DNA of 63,662 nt, filler included, from Chlamydiales bacterium (GTDB lineage: Bacteria > Chlamydiota > Chlamydiia > Chlamydiales > JACRBE01): assembly GCA_016213235.1 (NCBI GenBank). It is 5 parts of 5 records of this genome, joined end to end, with 100 filler letters (N's around TTAATTAATTAA, not from the genome) between each part and the next. Parts side by side here need not be neighbours in the genome. Positions count along the whole stretch, not along the records: positions 43,148 to 53,627 come from JACRBE010000056.1; positions 53,728 to 63,662 come from JACRBE010000055.1; 3 more parts are not named here. One strand, written 5' to 3'. The notes under the pieces are model-generated. The model was not told where the DNA came from, did not search any database, and was given only the letters and a program-made list of their open reading frames with translations. The position numbers and the translations under genes were made by a program. Shown here in pieces: positions 49,940 to 60,522 of this stretch (positions are counted from its first letter, which is position 1; each line of letters starts with the position of its first letter).

Positions 49940-51649
49940 ATGAAGCTTTGGTTTTGGGCCTGTTTCTTCTGTTGCTTAGTGCGCCCTTTTATAGGATATG
50001 CAGCGCCACTTCCTGTTCCATCATCTTCTGGTGGAATTGTTGATAGAGAAATTGAAGCGGAATATGAAGCAGAACCTGTTACCCCCGATAAAGAAATCCC
50101 ACAGCTAGATGTAGATCTTCCACAAGAGCAATTGTCAGCAATTCCAAAAGAAAAAGTAGAAATCAAAAAAATAGAGCTACAAGGCAATCAGCTCCTTTCT
50201 ACGCATCAACTTTCAAAAGTTTATCAAAAATATGAAGGCAACAAGCTTTCCATGGCAGAGATCGTGCAACTCTGCAAAGAAATACAAAAGATTTATATTA
50301 GCGAAGGGTATTTTCTTGTAAGAGTTTTTCCTCCTGCCCAAACGGTTAAAAAGGGAATTCTTACTATTGAGGTGCTTGAAGTGAAAATCGGAAAGATTTT
50401 CATTGAGGGAAATAAACATTATAGCACTAAGTTTATTAATAAGTATTTTCATAAGTTTCAAGATAAGTGCATTCGCTACGATGATTTGATGAAACAACTA
50501 TTACTGTTAAACGAATTCTCAGATTTAAAAACAGGTGTAGCCTTTCAGCGAGGGACTGTTCCTGGAACGACAGACATGATTGTTCAAATTCAAGATGCCC
50601 CTCCCTATCATCTTTATGCAGACTATAATAACTACGGCTCCAGTGTTACGTCACAACAGAGGATGGGGGCTCGCACAGATCTTGGAAATACAATTGTTGA
50701 TGGAGACAAACTTACTTTAGTAGGAGTAATGGGCTTTCCTCCAAGACAACTCCAATTTGGAGATGTTATTTACCAGGCACCATTAAATGCTAGTGGAACG
50801 GGGCTGGAAGTTGCATGCCTTGGATCTCATTTTCATGTGGATCGTTTAAATCCTTTGCATCTGAAAGGCAATACTGTTGTTGCTACGGTAAAATTAAACC
50901 AAGCAATGCAGCGCACAAGAAGTTATAGCTCTAATCTATTTCTAACCTTTGATTACATGGATATTCGCAATTACCAGTTAGGGGATTTAAGCTCAAATGA
51001 TAACCTCCGTGTTTTAACCGGTGGTTGGAAATGCGATTATCTAGATCCTATTGGTGGAAGAAATTTAGCTGCGTTTGAAGCTTCCTTTGGGATCCCTGGA
51101 TTTCTCGGTGGATTAAGTGCTGTTGATCCAGCATCTAGCCGGCAAGGAACAGGTGGACGGTTTATTTTTGCAAGTGGCTCTTATCAACGACTACAAAAAA
51201 TGCCTCATGACTGGTTGTTATATTTAAATTTTCAAGGACAGTATTCATTTTATAAATTACCTGTCAGCGAAGAATTTTATATTGGCGGTATTACAACAGT
51301 GCGAGGATATCCTATGGCAACAGCGCTCGGTGATTCAGGATTTTGTGTCAATCTAGAAGCACGATTTCCCCCTCCCTTTTTTCATTCTAAAATGATACCG
51401 AAGACAACGAAATCTTGGGGAGAGGTATTACAACTATTAGGATTTATTGATCAAGGCGCAGTATATGTAAAAGATGGGGGTATTGTTGGACAAACAAACC
51501 AAGTGTATCTTACAGGCATCGGTCTTGGAGCGCGTATTTTTGCTCTATGGGATATCGATCTGAGTTTCGATTGGGGATTTCCTCTGACAAATCAGATGAG
51601 ACCTTCCAATTCTGTGTTTTATTTTAAAATTAACAAAAGGTTTTTATGA
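49940..51649 (+). CDS. Two-partner secretion transporter TpsB (ShlB/FhaC/HecB family)
   Basis: Signal peptide, POTRA (YISEGYFLVRVFPPAQTV..G.L), NNYGS, IGGITTVRGY, C-terminal Phe strand. Confidence 0.93.
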   Translation: MKLWFWACFFCCLVRPFIGYAAPLPVPSSSGGIVDREIEAEYEAEPVTPDKEIPQLDVDLPQEQLSAIPKEKVEIKKIELQGNQLLSTHQLSKVYQKYEGNKLSMAEIVQLCKEIQKIYISEGYFLVRVFPPAQTVKKGILTIEVLEVKIGKIFIEGNKHYSTKFINKYFHKFQDKCIRYDDLMKQLLLLNEFSDLKTGVAFQRGTVPGTTDMIVQIQDAPPYHLYADYNNYGSSVTSQQRMGARTDLGNTIVDGDKLTLVGVMGFPPRQLQFGDVIYQAPLNASGTGLEVACLGSHFHVDRLNPLHLKGNTVVATVKLNQAMQRTRSYSSNLFLTFDYMDIRNYQLGDLSSNDNLRVLTGGWKCDYLDPIGGRNLAAFEASFGIPGFLGGLSAVDPASSRQGTGGRFIFASGSYQRLQKMPHDWLLYLNFQGQYSFYKLPVSEEFYIGGITTVRGYPMATALGDSGFCVNLEARFPPPFFHSKMIPKTTKSWGEVLQLLGFIDQGAVYVKDGGIVGQTNQVYLTGIGLGARIFALWDIDLSFDWGFPLTNQMRPSNSVFYFKINKRFL

Positions 51650-53627
51650 GAAAATATGAAAATTTTTCATTTTATCCTGCTTTATGTTGTTTTACACTTG
51701 CCAGCACGCTTTCTTGGGCTCTTCCTCAAGATGTGCAGGTGACAAGTGGACAAGCAGAAGTTTCTCAACCAAATTCAAAGAAGATGGTGATTAAAGCGTC
51801 TGATAAAGCGGTCATTAACTATTCAACATTTGATATTGGCAAAATGGAAACGGTCCAATTTGACCAACCAAATTCCGATGCAGTAGTTCTTAATAGGGTA
51901 GAAGAGGGAAAAGAATCTCACATATTGGGAGCGTTGCAAAGCAATGGAAAAGTGTTTTTAGTGAATCCAAATGGAATATACTTTGGACCACATTCTAAAG
52001 TAGATATTGGATCCATTATTGCATCTACATTAGATATTACAGATGACAATTTCGTTGCAGGCAATTATCTATTCACCTTGTCTGACAAACAGGGAGCAAT
52101 TGTTAACAGAGGGGTTATCAGAGCCTCAGAAGAGGGTGTGGTAGCATTTGTTTCCCCGTTTGTTGATAATAGTGGAGTTGTGGAAGCTCCAGCTGGTAGC
52201 GTTGCATTTGGCGTCGGTAAAACAGTACTTATAGATTTTGTAGGAGATGGGCTTATCTCTTTTGTTGTTGATGGCGAACTTGCTAAAGGCAATATTGCAC
52301 AATCTGGAAGAGTTGTTGCGTCAAACGTTCGTTTGCAGATGTCTACAGTAGATAAAATGCTGCAACAAGTTGTCAATATGGAAGGACGCTCTGAGGGTGT
52401 AGCGTTTGCTATGCATAATGGGGAGATTTCTATTATGGACAGCTCGTCTATTCATGCAGATGAACTGATTGTTTCAACAGGCAGCGGAGCTCGAACCTCT
52501 TTAGATGGAGAAGTAAATCTCTCTAAAAAAGATGGAAAAGCAACGTTTTCTGGAGAAACGCTCTCCCTTAAGAATATTGATATGTCTAGTGGTGCGGGAT
52601 CAGGAAAAATTATGTTTCTTGCCACAGGAGATGATGGAACGATCACTGTAGAAGAAAAAGCACAAATTATAGCTCCCCAGGATTGCTCTGTGCAATTTTC
52701 TACTGAAAATAATCAGCCGGTTCGTCTTTTAAATCTATCCGAAGTCGCTTCCTTTGGAGGAAATATTGAGTTTCAAGCACCTGTTATGGTAGATGGAGAT
52801 GTTGCATATATTCACAACTATCAAGGCAGTGGAAGTATTGTTTTCCACAAAGCCGTTGATGGTGGATCTAGTGCTTCACATTTAGAAGTTGATGCAGGAA
52901 TGGGAGAAATTAGACTCAGTGCTAACGTAGGAGAAAACGCTGCACTTGGTAATATTAATTTTTCTGCAGCAAAACTTAATTTGCCTGCAAAAATGATTAC
53001 TAAAGGCGGGAAAATTGATATTTCTGCAGCAACATTTATGAACCAAGATGTATCCATTGACACGACAGCAGCAGGGGCTTGCTCTGGCGGTTCATTGAAT
53101 TTTAAAGGGGAAAAAAGCACCATCGATGGTAACTATCTCTTTTTTGCTGATGCAGGTTCAGGGCAAACGTCGTTTGAGGGCGTTGTAGGAGGTCTTGTAG
53201 CTCCTCATCGTTTTCATGTGAAAGCCGGAAATACACTGCTTTCTAAAGATGTGTCTGCATCCGGTGGAACAATCATTTATGAAACAGCTGTAACTGTTTC
53301 AGGGACTCCAGTCTTTACAGACTACGGTCCTACAGGTATTGCTTTTTTAAGTACGTTAGATGCTACTTCAGCAAATACTGATAGCCTAACGTTGAATGCT
53401 GCGATGGGTAGAGTCTTATTTGCAGGCGCTGTTGGAGGTATAACATCTCTTGAACAACTTACTGTGACTTCCAATACCCTTGAGCAGATGAGCACAGTCG
53501 TTGTTGCTTCTAACGCAGTGACCGGAGCTCTTGTTTATACAGCTCCAGCAGGTGTTACTGTAGCGGGAGATATTACAGCAACGGGAAGCGGTGGTCAGAA
53601 TGGTACCATTACGATCAACAATCCGAC
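51646..53627 (+). CDS. Filamentous haemagglutinin-like TpsA exoprotein (3' end lost at contig join)
   Basis: Signal peptide; TPS domain (INYSTFDIG..E.V.F.QP...VLNRV...S.ILGALQSNGKVFLVNPNGI); G/S/T-rich beta-helix repeats; ATGA overlap with tpsB. Confidence 0.92.
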
Positions 53628-53727
53628 NNNNNNNNNNNNNNNNNNNNNNNNNNNNNNNNNNNNNNNNNNNNTTAATTAATTAANNNNNNNNNNNNNNNNN
53701 NNNNNNNNNNNNNNNNNNNNNNNNNNN
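53628..53727. other. Artificial contig-join linker
   Basis: N-run with central TTAATTAATTAA. Confidence 0.97.
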
Positions 53728-53728
53728 A

Positions 53729-55099
53729 GAAGATTTGGAAGTAATTCGCAAATTAAGTGGAACACAACTTGCAAAGCTTGATTCCGACGTTTTACAAGCA
53801 ATCGATAATGAGGAGATTATTCAGAAAATACCATGTGATGATGCTCTATTGACACTACTGGCAGATGAACAATTAGCATATTTAAGTGATAAGCAAATTG
53901 CGTCTATAGAGGATGAAGAATTAATCCGGCGATTACCGAAAACATGTTTTGGCGCTATTACAGATGATCAATACCAACTTCTGGATGGAGCGCAATTGGT
54001 ATGGCTTGATCATGATGTTTTACAAGCAATCGATGATAAGGAGATTATTCGGAAAATACCATGTGATGATGCTCTATTGACACTGCTGGCAGATAAGCAA
54101 TTAGCATATTTAAGTGATGAGCAAATTGAGTCTATAGAGGATGAAGAATTAATCCGGCGATTGCCGAAAAGGTGTTTTCGCGCTATTACAGATAATCAAT
54201 ACAAGCACTTATCTCAAGAACAGGTAAAATCGCTAAAGATGCGGATAGATGATGGTATTATAGACGAAGATGATTTAGATAGGATCAGACTTCTGGATGG
54301 AGCGCAATTGGTATGGCTTGATCATGATGTTTTACAAGCAATCGATGATGAGGAGATTATTCAGAAAATACCATGTGATGATGCTTTATTGACACTACTG
54401 GCAGATGAGCAATTAGCATATTTAAGTGATGAGCAAATTGCGTCTATAGAGGATGAAGAATTAATCCAGCGATTACCGAAAACGTGTTTTCGCGCTATTA
54501 CAGATGATCAATACCAATACTTATCTCAAGAACAGGTAAAATCGCTAGAGATAGATGATATGGATATTATCAAAGGATTAACAGGAAGACAATTGTTGGA
54601 TCTTTCAGATGTAGTATTGCAACAAATCGATGATGAAGAGATTATTCATAAATTGCCTGTGGGTGATGGGCTTTTAACAAGACTGACAGAAGATCAGACT
54701 CGTTTATTAAGTGCCCAGCAAGTGCAATATATTTCACTGGTAGACAAATTACCTGTAGAACAGATCAATTATATAGATGCCAAAAATATGAGCCATGTGA
54801 CAAATGCACAGATGAAATTTATAACAGACCCTTCGTTAATAAAAGAAGCAAGTTATCAGCAGTTAATGAATATTGATCCTGCACAATTAGCTTGTTGTAC
54901 TCCATGCCAACAGGTGGTTTTTATTGTTTCTTCTGTTGCAATGACTATATTTGCATCGATATTCTTTATTCCTTTTGAAATTGCGAATCTGCTAATGATG
55001 GGTTGTCGTATTCAGGTTATGCAAAGAGTAGAGCAATACTTCTTTGACATATTTATGCAATTTGCGCAGTTAATTCTTCCATATAGAATAATAGATTAG
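53729..55099 (+). CDS. Acidic tandem-repeat protein with C-terminal hydrophobic segment (5' end lost at join)
   Basis: Repeated VLQAIDxEEIIQKIPCDDALLTLLADEQLAYLSDEQIASIEDEELIRRLPK unit; TM VVFIVSSVAMTIFASIFFIPF near the end. Confidence 0.85.
   Translation, partial: EDLEVIRKLSGTQLAKLDSDVLQAIDNEEIIQKIPCDDALLTLLADEQLAYLSDKQIASIEDEELIRRLPKTCFGAITDDQYQLLDGAQLVWLDHDVLQAIDDKEIIRKIPCDDALLTLLADKQLAYLSDEQIESIEDEELIRRLPKRCFRAITDNQYKHLSQEQVKSLKMRIDDGIIDEDDLDRIRLLDGAQLVWLDHDVLQAIDDEEIIQKIPCDDALLTLLADEQLAYLSDEQIASIEDEELIQRLPKTCFRAITDDQYQYLSQEQVKSLEIDDMDIIKGLTGRQLLDLSDVVLQQIDDEEIIHKLPVGDGLLTRLTEDQTRLLSAQQVQYISLVDKLPVEQINYIDAKNMSHVTNAQMKFITDPSLIKEASYQQLMNIDPAQLACCTPCQQVVFIVSSVAMTIFASIFFIPFEIANLLMMGCRIQVMQRVEQYFFDIFMQFAQLILPYRIID
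53785..54660. repeat. Three near-identical intragenic repeats plus a fourth degenerate copy
   Basis: gttttacaagcaatcgat at 53789, 54017 and 54329; variant at 54614 (spacings 228, 312, 285). Confidence 0.9.
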
Positions 55100-55228
55100 A
55101 AGAATAGGTTATATACAGATAAGACATCGTGCAGCTAACCTTTCCAATTGCATTATCTTTGAATTGGAGTATAACAATGGATAAAGTCTATGTTTGTTTT
55201 GTATGTTATTTGTTTTTAACAGCCTAAT

Positions 55229-55729
55229 CTATTCTTTTTGGTGTTTTTTTCTGACAAAAGCAACAGAACCTAGTTCATCCAGTACCTTTTCCTCTTCTTG
55301 TTCCATTAAGACTTTCATCTCTTTGGTCCATTCTTCTTTATGCATTCTGATTTTTTCTATTTCTGTCTGCTTTTTGACCAGATTTTTCTTTGCATCTTCT
55401 ACTGCTTTTTCTGCTAAAGTAACCTGCTTTTTTTGATCGAGTACTTTGACTTCTTTGCCCTTTAATTTTTCATCGACTACTTTAAGGTAACGTCGCATGA
55501 TTTCAATTTCATCACTGGTGATACCCTCATCAAATTTATCATTCATTTGTTGTAATTTGTCTGCTTTATGCGCTTTAACCTGATCTCTCTCTTCTTCCCG
55601 TTTGATCAGTTTTTGCTTCTCTACGTCCAGCAAATGCTTTTTATGCTTTAATTCTTTTTCAGCTTCTTCCAGTCTTTTCTGTTTGATTTCAGCAAGCTGT
55701 TCCAGGGGATAGGGTGGTAGTTTTTTCAT
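55229..55729 (-). CDS. sctO: T3SS stalk protein SctO/CdsO (CT670-like)
   Basis: YPLEQL..IK..R...AEK, long coiled coil, EEEKVLDELG; directly after sctN. Confidence 0.88.
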   Translation of the reverse strand: MKKLPPYPLEQLAEIKQKRLEEAEKELKHKKHLLDVEKQKLIKREEERDQVKAHKADKLQQMNDKFDEGITSDEIEIMRRYLKVVDEKLKGKEVKVLDQKKQVTLAEKAVEDAKKNLVKKQTEIEKIRMHKEEWTKEMKVLMEQEEEKVLDELGSVAFVRKKHQKE

Positions 55730-55731
55730 GA

Positions 55732-57054
55732 TTATTTAAATAGGGATTTGAGTTGTTCTAGCGTTTCTTCAAAAGTGCATTTTTCATCTGTTCTCTGTTT
55801 TAAAAAACGGTTGACTTTCTCAACATATTTAATAGCAAAATCAGCGTTTTTATCTGATCCTGGTTTATATTCACCAATCCGAATCAACAATTCGTTTTTC
55901 TTATAGTTTGCTAAAACCTCTCTTATTTTACCAACTAGTTGCAAATGTTCCGGATCAATAATAGAAGAAATAATTCTACTAACGGAACTGAGCACATCAA
56001 TAGCAGGATAATGATATTGCCTTGCAAGTTCGGAAGATAAAATAATATGTCCATCGAGTATCGATCTTACTTCATCAGCAACAGGCTCATTCATATCATC
56101 GCCTGCCACTAAAATGGTGTAAAATGCTGTGATAGATCCCTTATCGGAATTACCTGAACGCTCTAATAATTTTGGTAGTATCGCAAATACAGAAGGAGTA
56201 AAACCCGCTCTTGCAGGAGGCTCTCCGGCAGCTAGCCCAACTTCCCTGAGCGCTCTTGCAAACCTGGTTACCGAATCCATCATTAAAATGACGCTTTTGC
56301 CAAGATCTCTGAAATATTCTGCAATAGCAGTTCCTACATAAGCTGCATTAATCCTGAGCTGTGCTGATTGATCTGATGTAGATATAATAATCACAGAGCG
56401 TTTTAAGCCTTCAACACCAAGGTCGTGTTCTATAAATTCTCTTACCTCACGACCTCTCTCCCCAATGAGAGAGATCACATTGACATCTGCCTTTGCATAT
56501 TTTGCAATCATCCCAAGAAGCGTAGATTTACCACCACCTGCTGCTGCAAAAATACCTACACGTTGTCCAATACCACAAGTGAGGACACCATCGATACATC
56601 GAATACCTGTAGAAATAGGAGTCTTTATTAGTTTTCTCTTCAATGGATCTGGTGGATCATTTAAAACAGGATAAGTATCTTGGAGCACTAAAGGCCCTTT
56701 TTCTTCCACATCAAGAGGCTCGCCAAGACCATTTAATATTCTACCAAGCAGTTGAGGCCCTACTTTGATATGCAGGGATAGTCGCATAGGAATGACTTCA
56801 GACGAAGGCCCAATACCGCTCATGTCTCCAAGAGGAGATAGATAGACTTCTTCTTTTGTAAATCCAACCACCTCTGCAATAAGAGGGGAGCCTTCTCGCT
56901 TGATCATGCAAACTTCTCCCATTTTTACTTTGGGGATGATTGCTTTGATCAACATGCCAACAATTTGGGTAATTCTGCCATGTACGGAGGTTAACTCGAT
57001 ATTTTCAAGTTTATTAAGTAAACTATCAAAATTATCCATTTTTCTACCATCCAT
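55732..57054 (-). CDS. sctN: T3SS ATPase SctN/CdsN
   Basis: [39 protein letters not shown]. Confidence 0.97.
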   Translation of the reverse strand: MDGRKMDNFDSLLNKLENIELTSVHGRITQIVGMLIKAIIPKVKMGEVCMIKREGSPLIAEVVGFTKEEVYLSPLGDMSGIGPSSEVIPMRLSLHIKVGPQLLGRILNGLGEPLDVEEKGPLVLQDTYPVLNDPPDPLKRKLIKTPISTGIRCIDGVLTCGIGQRVGIFAAAGGGKSTLLGMIAKYAKADVNVISLIGERGREVREFIEHDLGVEGLKRSVIIISTSDQSAQLRINAAYVGTAIAEYFRDLGKSVILMMDSVTRFARALREVGLAAGEPPARAGFTPSVFAILPKLLERSGNSDKGSITAFYTILVAGDDMNEPVADEVRSILDGHIILSSELARQYHYPAIDVLSSVSRIISSIIDPEHLQLVGKIREVLANYKKNELLIRIGEYKPGSDKNADFAIKYVEKVNRFLKQRTDEKCTFEETLEQLKSLFK

Positions 57055-57068
57055 GGTAATATTGCAGA

Positions 57069-57722
57069 TTAAAGCTGAACGTTAAACAACATTTTCACAG
57101 CGCTAATAGCGTTATTTAGTACAATTGAAGAGTATTCAAGTTCTTGTTGAGCTTTTGATAACTTTACCTGGATCATTAACAATTGTCCAGGGTTCATCGT
57201 CTGACCATCTTCGTTCAGTTCAGATACTTTTTGTTGTGCCTGCATCATTTGCCGTTGACCATCTGTTACAAGCGATAGAAATCGTACAACCGGATTTTGG
57301 TTTTTTGCTTCATCCGGTAGAGCTCCCACCTCTACACCCGCTTTGGTGGCAGCAGAGCGTATTTGACTATTTGCTTCAGTAAGCTTATTTCTTAGCAAAT
57401 ATTTTTGAGAAGATTTTAGCGTCAAATTAGGTGTTTGAAGTTTGCTTTGAAGATCACCTAAAGAGGAAGAAGTGGTATTCATTTGCGCTAATACAGATTG
57501 CATCGTAGGGGATCCTAGCATCGGTGTTGTTTGCTGCGTAAGCTGTGCAGGAGAAACGCCTGGCTGGGTAGGACCCGCCTGCTGCGAGGCATTAGACGCT
57601 GGTGTCTGCATATAGGATTCAAACGACTTCCCAGGCTGACTCTCTCCTTGAAATCCTTTAACCGGTTGTGTGGAATCAATCGGATCGGTGCCGCCTACTT
57701 TCCTGGTAAAATCATCTACCAT
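57069..57722 (-). CDS. CT668-like T3SS protein (candidate inner-rod SctI)
   Basis: Located between cdsG and cdsN; C-terminus [27 protein letters not shown]...[10 protein letters not shown]. Confidence 0.8.
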   Translation of the reverse strand: MVDDFTRKVGGTDPIDSTQPVKGFQGESQPGKSFESYMQTPASNASQQAGPTQPGVSPAQLTQQTTPMLGSPTMQSVLAQMNTTSSSLGDLQSKLQTPNLTLKSSQKYLLRNKLTEANSQIRSAATKAGVEVGALPDEAKNQNPVVRFLSLVTDGQRQMMQAQQKVSELNEDGQTMNPGQLLMIQVKLSKAQQELEYSSIVLNNAISAVKMLFNVQL

Positions 57723-57732
57723 GATTTATATC

Positions 57733-58176
57733 CTATTTACGTTTCTGTTTTGCTTGTAACTCATGTGGAGATACTGGTTTTTTCACAAATTTTTCTACAA
57801 AATCAAGAGAAGCTTCACAAACATTTTTTACGTCTTTACTTTTTGATTTTGATGTCTCTTTTAGTAGTTGTTCTCCTTGTGTATTTTGCTGCTTGTTAGG
57901 AGTCATACTAAGAGCAATACCTAGCATTGCTTTTGCCATTTCATTCTTTGGATCTTTATGAAGTACAGCTTCAAATTCAGTAATAGCCTGTTTGAGCTCT
58001 AACTTGCAAAGATGTAAATACCCCTTCCCTAAAGTGGGTAGTGGATTTTCATGATTAAGCATACGAGCTGCTTTAAATAGCTTTAATGCAGAATCTTCAT
58101 CCGATTGGTTTACTGCGATGAAACCAGCTTCTACAAACAATAAAAAATGATCTTTATGCTTTGTTAAATCAGACAT
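57733..58176 (-). CDS. cdsG: TPR needle chaperone CdsG (CT667-like)
   Basis: LFVEAGFIAVNQSDEDSALKLF, TPR; follows the needle gene. Confidence 0.85.
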   Translation of the reverse strand: MSDLTKHKDHFLLFVEAGFIAVNQSDEDSALKLFKAARMLNHENPLPTLGKGYLHLCKLELKQAITEFEAVLHKDPKNEMAKAMLGIALSMTPNKQQNTQGEQLLKETSKSKSKDVKNVCEASLDFVEKFVKKPVSPHELQAKQKRK

Positions 58177-58238
58177 GTGTTTTTTCCTCTTTCTTAATAA
58201 TATTTACTAGTTTTTTCACAGTAACACAACAATTAGTA

Positions 58239-58490
58239 TTATGACGTTTTCTGGTTTCGTATCGAGGTACTAATCATAGATTGCACTTGCGAAATAACGT
58301 TGGAAATAGAATCCCCAACTTGTGTTACTTGAGACATCTCAAATTGAAGAAGCAAAAATTGTCCAGGAGTTGCAGTAGACATGTTAGAAGCAATACTGCG
58401 AACTTTGGATACTACGCTCTTCTGTATTGATATGTATTTGCAAATAAGCTGTGAGAAGCTCATATTTGCACAATTTGGATTTACTCCCAT
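58239..58490 (-). CDS. sctF: T3SS needle subunit SctF/CdsF (CT666-like)
   Basis: 83 aa, N-terminal Cys residues, LLLQFEMSQ...SISNVI...MI...RNQK; lies between cdsE and cdsG. Confidence 0.8.
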   Translation of the reverse strand: MGVNPNCANMSFSQLICKYISIQKSVVSKVRSIASNMSTATPGQFLLLQFEMSQVTQVGDSISNVISQVQSMISTSIRNQKTS

Positions 58491-58513
58491 TTTTCCCTCA
58501 GGCTTTATAAATT

Positions 58514-58738
58514 TTAATGGATATTAGAAATTACTTTTTTTGCAGCCTTATATGCATAAGCGATTGCTGCCAAATCGTCGCTTCCTGGTTTTTTTCCTTT
58601 TAGCTCTTGCTCAACGTCTTTTAAATGAGAGTCAATTTCTCCCATTATTTTTGAAGAAAGTTGTTTGTTTTTTTTGATATCTTTTTCCAAATCAAACTCA
58701 AAACGAGCACGCTTTTGTTGTCCTTCTAATCCGTACAT
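58514..58738 (-). CDS. cdsE: Needle co-chaperone CdsE (CT665-like)
   Basis: MYGLE...FEFDLEKD...Y.AAKKV; synteny. Confidence 0.8.
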   Translation of the reverse strand: MYGLEGQQKRARFEFDLEKDIKKNKQLSSKIMGEIDSHLKDVEQELKGKKPGSDDLAAIAYAYKAAKKVISNIH

Positions 58739-58779
58739 AAGTAACTCCTTATTCTATATAAATTCCATCCATAAATGTT

Positions 58780-60519
58780 TTATAGATTGTAGTCAATAAT
58801 ATATTTTAATCCTTCTTTCTCCAGTAAAACAGAAGTCGCTGTAATTTGAGTAATTAGCATCCCATCGAGAAGATCGCCCATCGATAATATTTTTCCATTA
58901 ATTAAAACAAATTGATTTGCATCACCATATTTAGATGTCCCTGCAACTTGATATTGGGAGGAGACATTAATTCTGGCGGAAGATTTTCCTATGTAAACAA
59001 CATAGTTTTTAATATCTTTTATGCCGTTTATTTGTTTGAATTGAGCAATCATATTTTTAAAATCAGATTCGCTATCGGCTCCAACTCTTCCGGCAAGAGT
59101 GAGCTCTCCGCTTGCTAAATTAAATGTGACATTGACAAAGCCCTTAGAAATTAATAAGCTTTGAATTTCTATTTCGAGGCTATTTTCTACAACTACTCTG
59201 TTTTCGAGTTTATCTAGATAAGGGAAGTTGTTGTTTACATAATCAATCAATTCTGCAATTTGATCAGATGTTTTTAAATAGCCCTTTAAAATGAATTTGC
59301 CAGGCTCTGGAGCGATAATTAATACAGATCTCCAATCAGGATTTTTAAATAATAGAGCATTCATCTCTTCCCATACAAGCTCGTCGATGATAACGTTATC
59401 GTCAATAGTTGCTACGAATGGTAGACTTTTTAATAAGTAGATCATTTCTTGATGCTCAATATCGGTAAGCACATGTCCAAGCAAGAATAAATTGCCTGAA
59501 TTATTGGTATAGTTAAACTCTACAGCCGGGAATTTTTTTAGTACAAATTCGATCTCTTGTTTTTGATCGTTGTAATTCACAACAACCGATGTTGTTTTAA
59601 ATAAGGATAAAACACTAAAAAGCCCAAGTGCTAAAAAAATAACAAAAGCACTCCCAAGAATAATATGTTTTGTTGGAATAAAGAGTTCTTTCCAGTTCTT
59701 TTTTATCGCAGCAATCTGTTCTTTCTCTTCTTCTTTAATTTCTTCTTTTCCAAGGTGAGAGAAAGAAGGAATCGGGGAATAAATTGTCTCTCTTGTTTGT
59801 TCTTTATCAATGATAAGAAAAGAGGTGGTGCCAAGATTAATTAGATCCTGTGAATGCACGGTTTGTTCTTTTTCAATTACATTACCATTAACAATAACGC
59901 CATTTCTGCTGTTTAAATCTTCGATAATAACAGTGTCATCCTCATTGATGGTGATTTTACAGTGTTGCTTGGAAACACTTAAATCTTGAAAGAATATATC
60001 GCAAATCGTGGGGTCTTTACCAAGAATATAGGTATGTCCAGGTTGCATGCTAAATTCTGCACCTGTATTGGGACCGGAAATGATTTTAATGATCCATCTT
60101 GCAGCGTGAGTATCTGCAAGACTAAGTAAACTAACCTCTTCTTCTAAATCCTTTAGGCTCATCGGCTCTTTATTATTAGGCTCTTCATTGATAGGATCGT
60201 CTGGTTTGATCATAGTAAAACGGAAGAAGGTAGCCCCAATTTGGATGATATCGCCTTCATGTAGATCTTTAGGCTCCGCAATAGGATGACCATTAATGGC
60301 AGCTGGATTGCTGGAACTGATGTTTTCTAGTATGAAATGATCATCTTCCCTATGAATAATGACATGGCGTCTAGATACAGCAGGATCTTCTAAAACTTGG
60401 AAGGCGTGAGCTTCATCTCTTCCAAGAAGCCACTCTTTACCCTCTTCTAAAGCAATAGTGAGTCCGAGTAAAGGACCCTCTTCTGCTATCAAATATCCTG
60501 ATATTTCATATCCAGCCAT
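58780..60519 (-). CDS. sctD: T3SS inner-membrane ring protein SctD/CdsD
   Basis: Two FHA domains (GR...D..VSRRH; GKD...DLSVSKQH...S.NG), a TM segment and BON-like periplasmic domains. Confidence 0.93.
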   Translation of the reverse strand: MAGYEISGYLIAEEGPLLGLTIALEEGKEWLLGRDEAHAFQVLEDPAVSRRHVIIHREDDHFILENISSSNPAAINGHPIAEPKDLHEGDIIQIGATFFRFTMIKPDDPINEEPNNKEPMSLKDLEEEVSLLSLADTHAARWIIKIISGPNTGAEFSMQPGHTYILGKDPTICDIFFQDLSVSKQHCKITINEDDTVIIEDLNSRNGVIVNGNVIEKEQTVHSQDLINLGTTSFLIIDKEQTRETIYSPIPSFSHLGKEEIKEEEKEQIAAIKKNWKELFIPTKHIILGSAFVIFLALGLFSVLSLFKTTSVVVNYNDQKQEIEFVLKKFPAVEFNYTNNSGNLFLLGHVLTDIEHQEMIYLLKSLPFVATIDDNVIIDELVWEEMNALLFKNPDWRSVLIIAPEPGKFILKGYLKTSDQIAELIDYVNNNFPYLDKLENRVVVENSLEIEIQSLLISKGFVNVTFNLASGELTLAGRVGADSESDFKNMIAQFKQINGIKDIKNYVVYIGKSSARINVSSQYQVAGTSKYGDANQFVLINGKILSMGDLLDGMLITQITATSVLLEKEGLKYIIDYNL

Positions 60520-60522
60520 GTC

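Noticed and set aside
10578..53727. Repeated TTAATTAATTAA palindromes within N-runs (four places)
   Set aside because: Identical 100-nt six-frame-stop scaffolding linkers, so not biological. Gene neighbourhoods across them (e.g. tpsA to the repeat protein) were not interpreted.
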